The notes beneath the pieces were generated by a model that had not been told where the DNA came from, did not search any database, and was given only the letters and a program-made list of their open reading frames with translations. The position numbers and the translations under genes were made by a program. Positions 34,867-37,252 of a DNA stretch of 37,252 bases are shown here, piece by piece. The DNA is from Candidatus Caldarchaeales archaeon (GTDB lineage: Archaea; Thermoproteota; Nitrososphaeria_A; Caldarchaeales; Calditenuaceae): assembly GCA_039630085.1 (NCBI GenBank), contig JBCNVM010000011.1, positions 1-37,252 on the forward strand, in the 5' to 3' direction. Within the stretch, counting starts at the first letter, position 1. The number at the start of each line of letters is the position of its first letter.

Positions 34867-35835
34867 TCAGGTCCCGCGGCCGAGGAAGTGCTCCCAGCCC
34901 TTGGGCTCGACCTCGACCTCCCTGCCCTCCCACAACGCCATGATCCTGCCGTCGCCCGTGACCCTCCCGATCACGTGGAGCTCACAACCGACCTCCGAGA
35001 GCCTCCTCCTCACCTCCCCCTCGTCCTCCGGGTCGAAAGTGAAGACCAGCTCGTACTCCTCCCCGCCCTCGAAGACCAGCCGGTACGGGTCGAGTCCGAA
35101 GGCGCCGGCGTACTCGACCGCGAGGCCGTCGACCGGCGGCGAGTCGATCTCGAAGCCCACGCCGTTGAGCTCCATCAGCTCCCTAAGGGAGGCTGCGAGC
35201 CCGTCGCTCGAGTCGATCATGCACCTCGCGTGCCCCGAGAGCGCCAAGCCCTCCCTGACTCTCGCGACCGGCCTGAGGAAGGACTCGACGAGGGGGCGCC
35301 AGCGCTCCTCCTTGACCCCGTTCATCACCGCGTGCAGGCCCGCGGCCGTCCTTCCGAACTTGCCCGTCGTGCCCACGACCTGGCCGGCCTTCGCGCCGCG
35401 CCTAGGCACCGGTCGCTCCGCGGAGCCGAGGGCGAAGACCCCGACGATCAGCTCCCTCGCTTCGTTAGTGTCGCCGCCCACGAGCGCCGCCGAGTACGCC
35501 TCGCAGGCCCCTTCGATCCCGGACCAGAGCACCTCGAACTCCGCGAACGTCATGTCGGGCCTCAGGCCGAGCTCGACGTAGCAGAGGATCGGCCGCGCGC
35601 CCTTCGCGGCCAGGTCGCTGACGGAGGAGGTGACGGCCTTCCAACCCGCGTTCCAGAGGCCCATGCCCCTCGGCACGTCGGTGCACTCGACAAGCATGTC
35701 CCCGGTCAGGACGAACCTGCCGCCGCCCAGGAAGTCGACGCCGTCGTCGCCGGCCCAGAGGTATTCGCCGACTCTCTTCAGCCTCGGCATCAGGTACCTG
35801 AGGAGCGCCCTCTCGCCCAGCTCGCTCAGCCGCAT
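34867..35835 (-). CDS. thiL: Thiamine-monophosphate kinase
   Basis: LSELGE, GDD, SVSDLAAKGA, VGGDTN, IDSSDGL, GGEEYEL and GWEHF. Confidence 0.95.
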   Translation of the reverse strand: MRLSELGERALLRYLMPRLKRVGEYLWAGDDGVDFLGGGRFVLTGDMLVECTDVPRGMGLWNAGWKAVTSSVSDLAAKGARPILCYVELGLRPDMTFAEFEVLWSGIEGACEAYSAALVGGDTNEARELIVGVFALGSAERPVPRRGAKAGQVVGTTGKFGRTAAGLHAVMNGVKEERWRPLVESFLRPVARVREGLALSGHARCMIDSSDGLAASLRELMELNGVGFEIDSPPVDGLAVEYAGAFGLDPYRLVFEGGEEYELVFTFDPEDEGEVRRRLSEVGCELHVIGRVTGDGRIMALWEGREVEVEPKGWEHFLGRGT

Positions 35836-35919
35836 CCTCCACCGTCGCCGGACGGGGAGCCTCCTATATCAGATCGAGGGGTGTTAACGGCGACAGCCTC
35901 CCTCTCTGATTAGGTATGC

Positions 35920-35934
35920 TACGTAACTTACGTA
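35920..35934. promoter_or_regulatory. Perfect 7-1-7 palindrome (candidate operator) upstream of the pok-pps TATA box
   Basis: TACGTAA-C-TTACGTA ends 8 nt before TTTAAT (35943-35948). Confidence 0.5.
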
Positions 35935-35972
35935 AACTGAAATTTAATTACGAAACGAATAATGCAACTAAC

Positions 35973-36842
35973 GTGCGGTCAATAGGCGGAAGGACGCGGG
36001 TTCCAGCTCACGTAACCGGCTTCTTCGTGCCGATGTGGAACCCCGACCCCTTGAAGGCAGGCTCGATCGGTGCAGGGATCGTCTTGGAGCCCGGGGTTAT
36101 GTGTGACGTGAGGGAGGGCTCGGGGAGGCTGCTGGTGAACGGCGAGCCTTTCGGGGGCGACAACTTCAAGCGCCTGCTCGATCCCACGAGGGACTACCAC
36201 GTCGAGACCCCGCTGAGGCTGGGCGCGGGTTACGGGCTAAGTGCCTCGATCGCCCTAGCCTGCGCGCTGACCGACGCGGCCGAGAAGTCCTATGACCTCC
36301 TCGAGGCCTTCAGGAGGGCCCACGTGACCGAGGTCGAGAACGTCACGGGACTGGGCGATGTGCTCGCGCTCCACGCGGGGGCTGGGCTCGTTCTTCGGAC
36401 GAGGCCCGGAGCGCCCGGGATAGGCGAGTCGGAGGTCGTCGAGAACAGGGGCGACGTGATCGTGCTGACCTCGATGCTGGGCGAGATGTCGACAAGGGAG
36501 ATGCTGGCGAGGTTCGCTGACAGGATAAGGGAGCACGGGAGGGCCGCGTACAGAAGGTTCCTCTCCGACCCGACCCTCGAGAGGTTCCTCGAGTGCTCGA
36601 GGGAGTTCAGCAGGGGCGTGGGCTTCCTCACCGATCGGGTCGAGGCCGCGATGCGGCCAGTGGAGGAGCTCGTCCTCGGGTACTCGGTGAAGAAGATGGT
36701 GCTGTTCGCGGTCGCGGAAGTCCGGCACGCGGAGGAGGTCGGAGAACACATGAGGAGGGCCTTCGGGAACCTCGTGGAGCTGAGGCTCGGTGATGGTGCT
36801 TGGTTGGCGTACCCAAGAGTCATCCGCGTTACGTCTCGCTGA
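35973..36842 (+). CDS. pok: Pantoate kinase (GHMP family)
   Basis: Likely GTG 35973. Motifs VPAHVTGFF, GSIGAG, GAGYGLSA, AHVTEV..TGLGDV and RTRPGAPG; adjacent to pps. Confidence 0.92.
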   Translation: MRSIGGRTRVPAHVTGFFVPMWNPDPLKAGSIGAGIVLEPGVMCDVREGSGRLLVNGEPFGGDNFKRLLDPTRDYHVETPLRLGAGYGLSASIALACALTDAAEKSYDLLEAFRRAHVTEVENVTGLGDVLALHAGAGLVLRTRPGAPGIGESEVVENRGDVIVLTSMLGEMSTREMLARFADRIREHGRAAYRRFLSDPTLERFLECSREFSRGVGFLTDRVEAAMRPVEELVLGYSVKKMVLFAVAEVRHAEEVGEHMRRAFGNLVELRLGDGAWLAYPRVIRVTSR

Positions 36843-37252
36843 CGATTCGGGAGAGGCTCGTCGAGGGGTTCAGGAGGGGCATCGTTGTTCCTGAGGGCCT
36901 CATGGCTCACGGCAGGGGCGAGGCCTTCGACTACATCATCGGCGAGGTGACCCACGAGCCCGCGAGGGGGGCGGTGAGGGCGGCCGCGGCCCAGCTCCTC
37001 CTCTCGAGGAGGCCCGTGATCTCCGTGAACGGCAACACGGCCTCGCTGGTCGGCCGGGAGCTGGTGGAGCTGGCGAGGGAGCTGAGCGCGCCGCTGGAGG
37101 TGAACCTGTTCTACTGGAGCAGGGAGAGGGTTGAGAGGATCGGCGAGCTCCTGAGGTCCTACGGCGCGGCCGATGTCCTCCTGCCCCTCGAGGACTTCGA
37201 GGAGATACCTGGACTCGAGAGCAGCAGGCGCCTCGTCAGCAGGAGGGGGATA
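36800..37252 (+). CDS. pps: 4-phosphopantoate--beta-alanine ligase (phosphopantothenate synthetase); runs off the window
   Basis: Manually translated: TTG 36800 gives MVGVPKSHPRYVSLTIRERLVEG...GLMAHGRGEAFDYIIGE...PVISVNGN...LEVNLFY. RBS GGTGA upstream; overlaps pok. Confidence 0.93.
   Translation, partial: MVGVPKSHPRYVSLTIRERLVEGFRRGIVVPEGLMAHGRGEAFDYIIGEVTHEPARGAVRAAAAQLLLSRRPVISVNGNTASLVGRELVELARELSAPLEVNLFYWSRERVERIGELLRSYGAADVLLPLEDFEEIPGLESSRRLVSRRGI

Noticed and set aside
33173-35581. 802-aa plus-strand ORF and many other long shadow ORFs (e.g. 31700-33169, 28073-29107, 18983-20017)
   Set aside because: They are antisense or out-of-frame to well-supported genes (leuS, thiL, lhr, rps6e), have no motifs, and are expected in high-GC DNA.
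1-37252. CRISPR array, tandem repeats, IS elements
   Set aside because: No regularly spaced direct repeats, cas genes or transposase motifs were seen by eye.

Overview
A 37-kb stretch of a high-GC archaeal chromosome, most likely a thermophilic TACK archaeon (Aigarchaeota/Caldarchaeales-like; this is inference). Supporting signs are TATA boxes ~25-30 nt ahead of leaderless starts, S6e/S24e ribosomal proteins, Hjc, a Dph5-DUF357 fusion, the pantoate kinase/phosphopantothenate synthetase route, PaREP1 and an intron-containing tRNA. Most of it is housekeeping: trpS, proS, leuS, rps4, rps6e, rps24e, sua5, dph5, ribL, thiL, pok-pps, hjc, lhr, htpX, transporters and oxidoreductases. The left end differs. 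Downstream of tRNA-Val(GAC) lies a lower-GC block with a four-gene sulfur-respiration-like operon: membrane-anchored rhodanese, Tat-exported PsrA/PhsA-type molybdoenzyme (split by a frameshift), 4x[4Fe-4S] subunit with a C-terminal helix, and a di-haem cytochrome b. A decayed phosphoribosyltransferase gene follows it. Signals not in the ORF track: two tRNAs, at least two C/D-box guide sRNA candidates whose guides complement conserved 23S (peptidyl-transferase region) and 16S (helix 45) rRNA, several palindromes over promoters, and partial genes at both window edges. No CRISPR array, transposase or integrase was seen.
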